From NCBI GenBank assembly GCA_964388265.1, contig CAYLXZ010000001.1, forward strand, positions 24,068-66,813: a DNA stretch of 42,746 nt, given 5' to 3'. The number at the start of each line of letters is the position of its first letter. The stretch's first letter is position 1. Below the pieces are notes generated by a model. That model saw only the letters and a list, made by a program, of their open reading frames with translations, made no database searches and had not been told where the DNA came from. Both the position numbers and the translations under genes were made by a program. Of this stretch, positions 1-8,641 are shown in pieces. Source of the DNA: Candidatus Micrarchaeota archaeon (GTDB taxonomy: Archaea > B1Sed10-29).

Positions 1-600
1 CTATCTCCGCAGATGGCTCCAAGAAACCGGGCACGACAGAGTAATAGATAGAATTTCAGATAAAGAGAAGAGAAAGGTAGAAGATCAAGCACACAAGATT
101 TCAAGGAGAATAGTAGACAGAGCAAAGAAAAACAACCTATGTATAGCAGTTGGAGATGTAAAAAACCATAGAGATTCGGACTGGGGTAAGAAAGGAAATA
201 GAAAACTACACTCTATGATCTCGCACAAGCTAAAGGAGTATATTAAGTACAAAGCGGAAGAGGAAGGAATTTATTGTGAAGTAGTGGATGAGAGCTATAC
301 AACGAAGAGTTGTTCAAGATGTGGTTATAAGAGAAATTCGAGACCCCAGAAACAATTTAAGTGTCCAGAATGTGGTTACAAGACCCACTCAGATATAAAT
401 GGAGCTAAGAACATTGGTAGACGAGGCTTGAGTAAGTTGGAAAATACCTCTATTCAAGTCAGGGGCTTTATTGACCAGCCCGAACCCTTGAAGAATAAAA
501 AAAGACGACAAGTGGTTACAAATGGCTAGTGAACGAGAGGGAAACCAAAACCGAAAGGGAATCCCACCATCTTCAGACGTGAGAGGAGGTCAATTATATA
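1..600 (+). mobile_element. Right-hand part of an IS200/IS605-family (tnpB-carrying) element. The left part is outside the window and the right end is not resolved.
   Basis: Carries the 3' part of a tnpB ORF. Codon style of ~190-530 differs from the adjacent pilus operon. The end coordinate is a guess, since the omega-RNA/right end usually extends past the tnpB stop. Confidence 0.45.
2..529 (+). CDS. tnpB: TnpB (OrfB) RNA-guided nuclease homologue, 5'-truncated by the window edge
   Basis: The frame of track ORF 215..529 stays open back to nt 2. It has HKISRRIVDRAKKNN, a CxxC-x16-CxxC zinc ribbon (CSRCG...CPECG) and RuvC-III-like HSDINGAKNI. The RuvC-II position reads IAVGDV rather than the usual I-x-x-E-D-L. 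Confidence 0.8.
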   Translation, partial: YLRRWLQETGHDRVIDRISDKEKRKVEDQAHKISRRIVDRAKKNNLCIAVGDVKNHRDSDWGKKGNRKLHSMISHKLKEYIKYKAEEEGIYCEVVDESYTTKSCSRCGYKRNSRPQKQFKCPECGYKTHSDINGAKNIGRRGLSKLENTSIQVRGFIDQPEPLKNKKRRQVVTNG

Positions 601-629
601 AATGATCTATGTTTAATTAAAATGATAGA

Positions 630-2267
630 ATGGGTTACCTCGACGAAGTCATAGAAGAATCAAAAGAAGAAAAAGAAGAAACAGAGAAAGAACAGCCAGA
701 AGAAAAACCAACAAAGAAAGAAAAAGAACCTAAAGAAACAATTAAGGAACCCAAAGAGATAGAAAGGGGAAAAGAAAGATCAGAAGAAGAGGAAATAGAG
801 GAAGAAAAATCCTCAGAAGTAGAAATAAAAGGAGAAAGAGAACTAATAACAAGCTACGATAACGTAAAAATCTACAAAGTAGAAGACGAACAACTACCAG
901 TCTACGAAGTCCCAGTAATCAAACCCACAGGACCAGAGAAAAAAATAGTCAACACAATCAAAGAAGCAGCCACGAGGTTAATAACCCCATCAGCAGAACA
1001 ATTCAGATCCCCAGAAAAGAAAAGAAGATTCTACTTCAAAAGAATAAAAGAAATAATAGAAGAAAACCCAGAACTCGGAGTACCAGACACCAAGATAGAA
1101 TTCTACGCCGACATGGTAGTCCGACAAATGATAGGATACGGAGTAATAGACCCATTAGTCAGAGACAAAAAACTCGAAGAAGTAATGGTCATATCACCCG
1201 GAAAACCAGTCTACGCATTCCACAGAGAATACGGAATGATGAAAACCAACGTCAGATTCGCAAGCGAAAAAGAACTAAGAGACATAATAGACAGAATAGG
1301 AAGACAAGTAGGAAGAAGAGTAGACCGAAGCAATCCACTGCTCGACGCAAGACTACCAGACGGATCCAGAGTAAACGCAACAATCCAACCAATATCTCTA
1401 GACGGATCCACACTAACAATAAGAGAATTCAGAGAAGAACCAATAACAATCACAGACCTAATAAAATGGAACACTGTAACACCAGAAGCAGGAGCCTTCC
1501 TATGGCTAATGGCAGAAGGACTAGGAGTAAGACCAGCAAACACCCTGATCTCAGGAGGAACAGCCTCAGGAAAAACCACGACACTCAACGTCCTATGCAG
1601 CTTCATCCCAGAAAGAGAAAGAATAATAACCATAGAACAAACCGCAGAACTCAAACTACCAATCGAACACTGGATAAGACTAGAAACCCGTCCACCAGGA
1701 CTAGAAGGAAAAGGAGAGATAGACATGGGAGCCCTAGTAGAAAACTCCCTGAGAATGAGACCAGACAGAATAACAGTAGGAGAAATAAGAGGAGAAGAAG
1801 CATTCAGCCTATTCACAGCCATGAATACAGGTCACGACGGTAGTTTTGGAACCGTACACGCCAACTCAGCTCAAGAAACCATCACAAGAGTAACAAGCCC
1901 ACCAATGGACGTTCCAATAATAATGGCGAACGCCCTAGACATCATAATAATGCAGCAAAGAATAAACAGAAAAGGAGAAGGACTCACAAGAAGAGTAACA
2001 CAAATATCAGAAGTCCAAAAAGTAAAAGAAAACGGAAAACCAGAACTAAACATATTATACGACTACGATCCAACAGAAGACAAACTCAAAAAACAAGAAA
2101 ACCCATCCAGATACAAACAAGAAATCCTAAAATACACGGACCTATCAAAAGACGACCTAGAACAAGAACTAGAGGACAGAAAAGAACTACTAGAAAAACT
2201 AGCAAGAGAAAACATAAGAAAACTAGAAGATGTTAAAGAAGAAATAAGAAAATACAGGATGAAATAA
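630..2267 (+). CDS. Type II/IV secretion-family ATPase (archaeal pilus assembly ATPase, PilB/ArlI/VirB11-like) with a ~70-aa K/E-rich N-terminal extension
   Basis: Walker A SGGTASGKTTTLN, Walker B/Asp box RITVGEIRGEEA, His box TGHDGSFGTVHANSA. First gene of the pilus operon. Confidence 0.9.
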   Translation: MGYLDEVIEESKEEKEETEKEQPEEKPTKKEKEPKETIKEPKEIERGKERSEEEEIEEEKSSEVEIKGERELITSYDNVKIYKVEDEQLPVYEVPVIKPTGPEKKIVNTIKEAATRLITPSAEQFRSPEKKRRFYFKRIKEIIEENPELGVPDTKIEFYADMVVRQMIGYGVIDPLVRDKKLEEVMVISPGKPVYAFHREYGMMKTNVRFASEKELRDIIDRIGRQVGRRVDRSNPLLDARLPDGSRVNATIQPISLDGSTLTIREFREEPITITDLIKWNTVTPEAGAFLWLMAEGLGVRPANTLISGGTASGKTTTLNVLCSFIPERERIITIEQTAELKLPIEHWIRLETRPPGLEGKGEIDMGALVENSLRMRPDRITVGEIRGEEAFSLFTAMNTGHDGSFGTVHANSAQETITRVTSPPMDVPIIMANALDIIIMQQRINRKGEGLTRRVTQISEVQKVKENGKPELNILYDYDPTEDKLKKQENPSRYKQEILKYTDLSKDDLEQELEDRKELLEKLARENIRKLEDVKEEIRKYRMK

Positions 2268-2268
2268 A

Positions 2269-3399
2269 ATGCCCGACGAAGACGAAGAACTAAAAAAACT
2301 ACTAGAAGAGAAAAAATCAGGAGAAGAAGAGATAGATGAAGATACACTTAACAAAATCGTAGACCGAATGTCAGATAAATACGAAAAAGAAGGAGTCCTA
2401 GAAGAAGGAGAAGCACCGGAAAAAACAGAAGAACTTAGAAAACTAATGAGAGGAGAAAAAACCTATGAAGTAGGAGAATCATCAGCAAGACAGCTATCAG
2501 GATTTGACAACGCCGTTGTAAGATTCTTCGGAAAACTATACACTTCACTCGGCACTCCAATAGAGAAATTCGAAACATCACTCGAAAACAGCCTTGGAAG
2601 AGGACTAGAAAAGAAACTAAACGCAGCGAGAATGGACTACTCAGTAGAACAGTACCTAGCCCTAACCATCATATCCATGATAATAACCTCAGCAGCAACC
2701 TTCGGAGCACTATTCATACTATTTCTAATGGGAATACTCCCAATATTCATCCCCATAATTGGATCAATCTCAGCACTACTATTAGTCCTAGGACTAGCCT
2801 TGATTATACCTAGAAACAAAGCTAAAAAGATAGGTAACGAAGTGGAGAAAGAAATGACTTTACCACATCGCCACATGTCAATAGAGATTAGAGGAGGAGT
2901 AGGAATATACTATACCATACTATCAATAGCTAGCTCAGACTACGGTATACTCAGCAAAGGAGTCGAATGGATTCTCGGGAACATAGAGAAAGGAGTATCA
3001 ACAGAAGATGCACTGGAAGCATGGTCAGAGAGAACAGAGAGTGAAAACGTAAGAAGAGTAGTTTCACACATCGTCAGAGCACTGAGAACAGGAGGAAACC
3101 TTTCAGATGTAATGATAGAGATCGCGGATGACGTTTCCTTCCAAAGAAGACAGAAGATAGCCGACTTCAGCGAAAAACTGAACCTCGTAGGGCTATTCCT
3201 AATGATGTCAGCAATCGTGTTCCCAATAATGATAGCAATACTAACCACAATAGGAAGCACCCCACAGATACAGAAATACCTAGGGTTCTTCGCCATATTC
3301 TCACCACAATTCCTAATGCTAGTGTTCTTCGTGATCGTACCAGGCCTACTATTCATATTCATGTACTACATCAAATCAAGCGACCCAGGAGCTGTCTAG
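2269..3399 (+). CDS. Pilus platform membrane protein with a single T2SS-F domain (TadB/ArlJ-like half)
   Basis: Charged cytoplasmic N-terminus, several TM helices, T2SSF-like core (VRRVVSHIVRALRTGGNLSDVMIEIADDV). Starts 1 nt after the ATPase stop. Confidence 0.8.
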   Translation: MPDEDEELKKLLEEKKSGEEEIDEDTLNKIVDRMSDKYEKEGVLEEGEAPEKTEELRKLMRGEKTYEVGESSARQLSGFDNAVVRFFGKLYTSLGTPIEKFETSLENSLGRGLEKKLNAARMDYSVEQYLALTIISMIITSAATFGALFILFLMGILPIFIPIIGSISALLLVLGLALIIPRNKAKKIGNEVEKEMTLPHRHMSIEIRGGVGIYYTILSIASSDYGILSKGVEWILGNIEKGVSTEDALEAWSERTESENVRRVVSHIVRALRTGGNLSDVMIEIADDVSFQRRQKIADFSEKLNLVGLFLMMSAIVFPIMIAILTTIGSTPQIQKYLGFFAIFSPQFLMLVFFVIVPGLLFIFMYYIKSSDPGAV

Positions 3400-3400
3400 A

Positions 3401-4309
3401 ATGACGAGCATAAGAGGAGCATGGGAAAACTACAAAGAAACAGTAGCGTTCGCAGGAATAGAGATAAAGCCAATCTACCTAATCCTACTTACCTTGGTTC
3501 TAGCCATAGGAGGATTCATCCTAGGGCAATTCATAGACCTGACACTAGGTTTCCTACTTGCAATAGTCTTCATAGACCTCGGATTTGGACTACCGTCATT
3601 CATAGCCAAGAGAAAAATTGAAAAGATAGAGAAAAGCCTTCCCGATGTACTACACCACATGTCCACGACCTTGAAAACTGGTGGAACAGTAGAAACAGCC
3701 CTAAGAGAAGTCAGCAGAATGAAGTACGGTCCAATCACCACAGGACTCAAAAAAATGCTCAGAGAGATAAAGGAAGGATCCACATTCGAAAAATCACTCA
3801 CCAAATTCGCGAAAGAATCCCGAAGCAAGCTCCTAAAGAGAACAAGCACGATAATAATAGCAGCTAGAAGAAGCGGAGGAGGACTAGTAGACACCCTAAC
3901 AGCTATGAGCAGCGACATAAGAGCTATAAGAAGACTAAAATCAGAAAGAAAAACAAAGACACTTCTTCAATTCCTATTCATAATCACAACAGGATGCATA
4001 ATAGCTCCATTCGTATTCGGAGTGGTGAAATCCGTGCTATCAGTACTGATAAGAGTAGGAGGACCAGCAGCTGGAGCATCAGGACTAGTAACCAGATTCG
4101 ACTTCCTATTTAAAACCTATCTAATAATAGAATCCGCACTATCAACCCTAGGAGCAGTTCAAGTAAGAGATGGAAAGATGTCAAAAGCAGTACTCTACAT
4201 ACCAATACTCACACTTGTAACCTATGTAATCTACATGGTCATAGCATCTCAATTCCTAGCCATACTAGGAGGTGCCCAAGTAGCACAAGCTTCCTTCCTC
4301 TTCCTCTAA
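3401..4309 (+). CDS. Pilus platform membrane protein with a single T2SS-F domain (TadC/ArlJ-like half)
   Basis: LPDVLHHMSTTLKTGGTVETALREVS...IIIAARRSGGGLVDTLTAMSSDIR is a typical GspF/TadC/FlaJ core flanked by TM helices. Confidence 0.8.
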   Translation: MTSIRGAWENYKETVAFAGIEIKPIYLILLTLVLAIGGFILGQFIDLTLGFLLAIVFIDLGFGLPSFIAKRKIEKIEKSLPDVLHHMSTTLKTGGTVETALREVSRMKYGPITTGLKKMLREIKEGSTFEKSLTKFAKESRSKLLKRTSTIIIAARRSGGGLVDTLTAMSSDIRAIRRLKSERKTKTLLQFLFIITTGCIIAPFVFGVVKSVLSVLIRVGGPAAGASGLVTRFDFLFKTYLIIESALSTLGAVQVRDGKMSKAVLYIPILTLVTYVIYMVIASQFLAILGGAQVAQASFLFL

Positions 4310-4317
4310 TCATAACC

Positions 4318-4325
4318 TTTAAATA
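4318..4325 (+). promoter_or_regulatory. TATA box (tttaaata) of the pilin gene, followed by a ~40-nt leader with SD aggagga at 4377-4383
   Basis: Archaeal TATA consensus. The strong SD lies 7 nt before ATG 4391. Confidence 0.5.
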
Positions 4326-4390
4326 TACAAAGACACTTTTACCAACTGAAGATTCAAATAAAACCTACTAAAAAATAGGAGGATAATTAA

Positions 4391-4741
4391 ATGGATCAAA
4401 AAGCACAAGGCGCGCTCGAATACCTAATAATAACCGCAGCAGTACTAGCCATAGCAGCAGTAGTAGTAACAGTGATCTCAGGAGCATTCGGAGGAGGACA
4501 AGCATCAGCAGATGTAAGTCAAATCCAAGCAGACGCCGCAGACTGTTCTCAGGTACTAGCTAGCGAAGGAAAACCGATAGGAACCCCAGACGAAACACTA
4601 TGCGGAGACATATGTGAAGCAGCAAAAAATACAGACAAAGCAACGACTACCACCGCAGCTGAAAACTCTCTTGGAAGTGATGTAACTGTATACGATGCGT
4701 GCATAGCTGGAAAAGCAGACTGGATAAGGCAAAAATCATAG
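4391..4741 (+). CDS. Type IV pilin (class III signal peptide, DUF361/PF04021-type), probable major pilin
   Basis: MDQKAQG/ALEYLIITAAVLAIAAVVV N-terminus. It has its own TATA and strong SD, a T5 tract downstream (4784-4788), and a Cys-containing secreted domain. Confidence 0.85.
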   Translation: MDQKAQGALEYLIITAAVLAIAAVVVTVISGAFGGGQASADVSQIQADAADCSQVLASEGKPIGTPDETLCGDICEAAKNTDKATTTTAAENSLGSDVTVYDACIAGKADWIRQKS

Positions 4742-4799
4742 AGAAAACCAAGACAAGAGGGAAGCCACTCAGGCAACCCTTCGTTTTTAACATCTAAAC

Positions 4800-4807
4800 T
4801 ATAAATA
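4800..4807 (+). promoter_or_regulatory. TATA box (tataaata) centred ~26 nt upstream of ATG 4830, implying a leaderless transcript
   Basis: Spacing matches the archaeal TATA-to-TSS distance. No SD lies between the TATA box and the ATG. Confidence 0.5.
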
Positions 4808-4829
4808 AACGGAACCTCTTCTAATACTT

Positions 4830-5825
4830 ATGTGGATCTACCTATACCCAGCAGTAGCTCTAGTTTTCCTCATAGCCCTAAGCTACACAGACATAAAAAA
4901 CAGGAAAGCACCACCAATACTAACCAACGGACTACTAGCAATCGGTATAACTCTACACGCAGCACAAACCATAATCTCCGGTGACCCAAACCCCCTACTC
5001 TACTCCGCATCAATAGCACTAGCCATGTTCACAGTATCCTACATCATCTACAGGCTAGGAGGATGGGCAGGAGGAGACGTAAAACTATTCACAGCCCTAG
5101 GAGCAATACTACCCTTCCACGGAGCAATAAGCCAACTAACCTACCCAGTACCCTACCCAATACTCATACTAGCAGCCTCCACAATATCCGCACTGCCATT
5201 CATACTAGGATACGGAATATACAAAACCATCAAAGAACGAAAAACCAAACTCAAAAAAGACATAATGAAATCCCTACCCAAATCCATATACTCAGGATTC
5301 ATAATCCTAGCCACACTACACCTCACCAAGATAATAGGAATACATCCAATATCCACAGTGATAATAGCTCCAATGATCTACCTATCAAAACAACCAGGTT
5401 ATCCGCTTACAGCCTTCCTAGCAACACTAACAATACTACAAACACCATCACAATCACTTCAAAACCTACTCTACTTCCTAACAATATCAATACTAGCAAT
5501 AACAGGGATAAAAACATATAAATCAATAAAGAAAAACGTCCTAAGAGAAGAAAAATCCATCAAGGAGCTTGAAGAAGGAGAAATACCAGGAGAAGACGTA
5601 TGGAAAAAAGAAGAAATAAAAAAGAAAGAACCTTCACTAACCCGATTCACTGAACCAGGAGAACTGATAATAGACTCCAGAAAAGCCCGAGGACTAACAA
5701 AACAAGAAATAAACACACTTAAGGAGAAAGAGATAGAGACATTGAAGGTGAAGAAAAGCCTGCCATTCATCCCAGTCCTAACAGGAGGGCTAGTAATTCT
5801 CCTAATTCTAGAAATCTTTATATAA
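4830..5825 (+). CDS. A24-family prepilin/preflagellin peptidase (PibD/EppA/FlaK-like) with a C-terminal charged insert plus an extra TM helix
   Basis: Catalytic Asp motifs SYTDIKNRKAP and GGWAGGDVKLF (GxGD). Polytopic membrane protein. Confidence 0.85.
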   Translation: MWIYLYPAVALVFLIALSYTDIKNRKAPPILTNGLLAIGITLHAAQTIISGDPNPLLYSASIALAMFTVSYIIYRLGGWAGGDVKLFTALGAILPFHGAISQLTYPVPYPILILAASTISALPFILGYGIYKTIKERKTKLKKDIMKSLPKSIYSGFIILATLHLTKIIGIHPISTVIIAPMIYLSKQPGYPLTAFLATLTILQTPSQSLQNLLYFLTISILAITGIKTYKSIKKNVLREEKSIKELEEGEIPGEDVWKKEEIKKKEPSLTRFTEPGELIIDSRKARGLTKQEINTLKEKEIETLKVKKSLPFIPVLTGGLVILLILEIFI

Positions 5826-5848
5826 GTAGAATGTCTTATCAATACAAC

Positions 5849-6013
5849 ATGGAAAACACATCCCAAACCAGTTTAGAATACCTGATAATGCTAGGTCTAG
5901 TCGTAGTGATCGCTACACTAGCAATGGTGCTCACCGGAAGAATATTCACAATAAAAGACTCCCTAATGAATTCAATAAAGGAATTCAGAGAAACCACACT
6001 CCAAATAAAGTGA
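5849..6013 (+). CDS. Small pilin (class III signal peptide). The track ORF starts at 5831; ATG 5849 is preferred.
   Basis: MENTSQ/TSLEYLIMLGLVVVIATLAMV. The TATA-like tttatataa at 5817-5825 sits ~26 nt upstream of ATG 5849, suggesting a leaderless transcript. Confidence 0.7.
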   Translation: MENTSQTSLEYLIMLGLVVVIATLAMVLTGRIFTIKDSLMNSIKEFRETTLQIK

Positions 6014-6018
6014 AAAAA

Positions 6019-6195
6019 ATGAATAACAAAGCCCAAGTAAGCTTCGAATACCTCATACTCATAGGAGTACTCATAGTAATAGCCGCACTCGTCATGGTAC
6101 TATCGAAACACTACTTCACAGCCTCAGGATCAATCAAACAAACAGGAAAACTCTACTCTAACAAAACACTGGAAATGCTGGAGGTAAAAACATGA
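6019..6195 (+). CDS. Small pilin (class III signal peptide). The track ORF starts at GTG 6010.
   Basis: MNNKAQ/VSFEYLILIGVLIVIAALVMV, about 58 aa. Confidence 0.7.
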   Translation: MNNKAQVSFEYLILIGVLIVIAALVMVLSKHYFTASGSIKQTGKLYSNKTLEMLEVKT

Positions 6196-6602
6196 AAAAA
6201 GGCCAAATAACCATAGAATACCTATTAATACTCGTAGTGCTAATAATGCTATTCACAAACGTCTCAATGGACCTAATCCAATTCACAAGCAAAAACACAC
6301 TACAAATGCAGACCAAAGAGATAGAAAAATCACACAACCAAACACTACAACACATCTCACAGTCAATCTCCCTACAAGCACCAGGAGCAAAACAAACAAT
6401 GCTCCTCAACACCCCACCAGACTGCGCATACAACATGACAACAAAAAACATAACCCTAGAATGCAGAGAAGACACACCAAGCGAAAACTACACAGGAGAA
6501 ACCATAGGGAAAACCACGGAGAAAGTACAGTACCTCAACCCAAGAACAATACCCCGAGGAGAATCAGCACAGATAACACTATATAAAACCGAGGGAACAT
6601 AA
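6192..6602 (+). CDS. Pilin-like protein (class III signal peptide)
   Basis: MKKG/QITIEYLLILVVLIMLF. ATGA overlap with the upstream gene. Confidence 0.7.
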   Translation: MKKGQITIEYLLILVVLIMLFTNVSMDLIQFTSKNTLQMQTKEIEKSHNQTLQHISQSISLQAPGAKQTMLLNTPPDCAYNMTTKNITLECREDTPSENYTGETIGKTTEKVQYLNPRTIPRGESAQITLYKTEGT

Positions 6603-6967
6603 TGAACAAAGGACTAGCCTCCTTCGAATTCCTATTAATGCTAGGTCTAATCCTACTAATAACCTCAACACTAATAACAGATTCACTAAACCAATCAAAA
6701 AAAACCATGGTGTTCTCAACCTCCAAGTCAATGCTTCAGAGCAAGATAAACACCAAGTCACTGAACTCCACAGACTGCTCCAACCCACAGATAGAGTCCT
6801 ACCAAGTACAAGAAAACACCCTCACATTCACCGTAGATCCACCCGAATGCCAAATAAACCCATCAAAAATAGCCGACCCAATAGAAAGAGACATATGTGG
6901 AGTCGAACCCAACCAAGATAACATCGTAAAATGCGGAAGCGAAGAATTCGAGGTGAACATACAATGA
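6602..6967 (+). CDS. Pilin-like protein (class III signal peptide)
   Basis: MNKG/LASFEFLLMLGLILLI. TAATG overlap with the upstream gene. Confidence 0.65.
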   Translation: MNKGLASFEFLLMLGLILLITSTLITDSLNQSKKTMVFSTSKSMLQSKINTKSLNSTDCSNPQIESYQVQENTLTFTVDPPECQINPSKIADPIERDICGVEPNQDNIVKCGSEEFEVNIQ

Positions 6968-7545
6968 AGACAATAAAAAACAAATATAAAGAAAAATACG
7001 GAGACCTAGAACCCTACATAGCCCTAAAACTCCAAGTAAACATAATTGTAGCTCTACTGATAGCTATCCTAGCAACATTCACAAACCCAATGATACATTC
7101 ACTGCAAATCCTTACACTAGCAGCGCTCATATACCTACTCACAGAAATCAAGTCACAGCACCACGAGAAACTAAAAAGATACACAGCAGTATTCACAACC
7201 CTATACATCGCAGTAGTTACAGTACCTATACTAATATCCAGATACACTCTACCAATATCCCCACAAGGCATCAACCTAATGCTAATGGCAATAATAAGTC
7301 TATTGGTTTTATTCATAGCACTAAGGACACTTACCAGCAAGAAAGGAGTAAAAGCAGAAGTAATACTAGCCAACGAAGAAATAGCAGTTGTACAACCAGA
7401 ATACAAACTACTATCCGGAATAAAACCAAAGAAATATGTTGTAAAAAACAAAGGAGCAGAAAAAGAAGACCAAGTAATTGTTAACATATCCAAAACACCA
7501 TTCAAAACACCCAAACCCAAGAGAGTGAAGGAAGTGATAACTTGA
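6964..7545 (+). CDS. Membrane protein of the pilus operon (about 4 TM helices plus a C-terminal soluble domain), function unknown
   Basis: The internal ATG at 6964 forms an ATGA overlap with the previous stop. Hydrophobic helices are followed by KGVKAEVILANEEIAVVQPEY... Confidence 0.55.
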   Translation: MKTIKNKYKEKYGDLEPYIALKLQVNIIVALLIAILATFTNPMIHSLQILTLAALIYLLTEIKSQHHEKLKRYTAVFTTLYIAVVTVPILISRYTLPISPQGINLMLMAIISLLVLFIALRTLTSKKGVKAEVILANEEIAVVQPEYKLLSGIKPKKYVVKNKGAEKEDQVIVNISKTPFKTPKPKRVKEVIT

Positions 7546-7946
7546 GAAAAGGACAAGTAACACTAGACCTACTGATGGCGGTTCTAATAACTCTATTCCT
7601 CCTAACCTGGATACAAGGATTCATAGAAATACAAACAACACAAACACAGACCCAAGGAATACACCAAGAAACATCCCAAGTAGCCATATCCACAGGATCC
7701 ATAATGAACACATTCCAAGCACTAAACCCCCAGACAGGAGACTACTCAGAAGCAGCAACACTAAGAATAAAGAACATGCTCGAACCCGTGAACTCAACCC
7801 TAACCAAGAACCAAGAAGACAACCAAATAACCGTAACAACCTTCTACGGAGACAACCAAGCAACCTACAGCTACCCAGTACACGGAAACACCACCTACCA
7901 AGAAAACTGCTCAAATACAGGAGGTAAACCCTGTGTCAAGAAATAA
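7542..7946 (+). CDS. Pilin-like protein (class III signal peptide), TTG start
   Basis: (M)RKG/QVTLDLLMAVLITLFLL. SD-like aagtgat plus a 3-nt spacer precede TTG, which overlaps the upstream stop. Confidence 0.65.
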   Translation: MRKGQVTLDLLMAVLITLFLLTWIQGFIEIQTTQTQTQGIHQETSQVAISTGSIMNTFQALNPQTGDYSEAATLRIKNMLEPVNSTLTKNQEDNQITVTTFYGDNQATYSYPVHGNTTYQENCSNTGGKPCVKK

Positions 7947-8337
7947 AGGACAAGTATTCACACTAGACGTCCTAGCAGCAATACTAGGAATAACCATAAT
8001 GCTAGGAATAACCGTACAATACCAAGGAATGATAAAAAACAAAGCCACCCAATCCCAATACCAAGAAATGAAAACCATAGCAAGCGACGCAGCACAGATA
8101 GCTGTGAAAAAAACCGCAGTCAAAGAACACAAAGCAAACACCCTGGACCCAGGAACCGACCTCTCCCAATTGATGAATGAATTAACAGGAGAAAAATACA
8201 GCTATGAGATAAAAGGAGCAATCACAGCCAACGAAGGAACCTGCAACGGGATGGAAGAGATAGCTAACTCACGTAGAATAGTTAAAAACGAATCACAAGA
8301 AATACAGAACCTCACAGTGGTGATATGCAATGGATAA
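7933..8337 (+). CDS. Pilin-like protein (class III signal peptide), GTG start
   Basis: (M)SRNKG/QVFTLDVLAAILGITIML. GGAGGT lies 7 nt upstream of the GTG. Confidence 0.65.
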   Translation: MSRNKGQVFTLDVLAAILGITIMLGITVQYQGMIKNKATQSQYQEMKTIASDAAQIAVKKTAVKEHKANTLDPGTDLSQLMNELTGEKYSYEIKGAITANEGTCNGMEEIANSRRIVKNESQEIQNLTVVICNG

Positions 8338-8641
8338 AGGGGTAGTTTTCTCAATGGACACCGCCTACGCCATATTCATAATACTACTAGCCTCAGCCAC
8401 AGTAATCACACTGCTAAACACATCAACCCAAACCAACCACCAATCACTCTACCTATCCAGAATAGCCAGAGACATACACGACACCAATATGTCCCTAGAC
8501 GGAGAACTAAACACATCCAAAGTAAACTGGATAAAAATAAACAACTGCAGTGAAGAAAACCAAGTAGGAACACACAGAGCCGTAGTGTACAACGGAACAG
8601 GGGACCTAAAAACCACCACAACGGAGGTATGTCCAAAATGA
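8330..8641 (+). CDS. Pilin-like protein (class III signal peptide)
   Basis: MDKG/VVFSMDTAYAIFIILLASATVITLL. Overlaps the upstream gene by 8 nt. Confidence 0.55.
   Translation: MDKGVVFSMDTAYAIFIILLASATVITLLNTSTQTNHQSLYLSRIARDIHDTNMSLDGELNTSKVNWIKINNCSEENQVGTHRAVVYNGTGDLKTTTTEVCPK

Noticed and set aside
630-850. K/E-rich 5' segment of the ATPase gene as a separate ORF or a non-coding purine repeat
   Set aside because: It is in frame with the conserved ATPase core, with no internal start near the core. It is kept as an N-terminal extension, although the true start is not proven.
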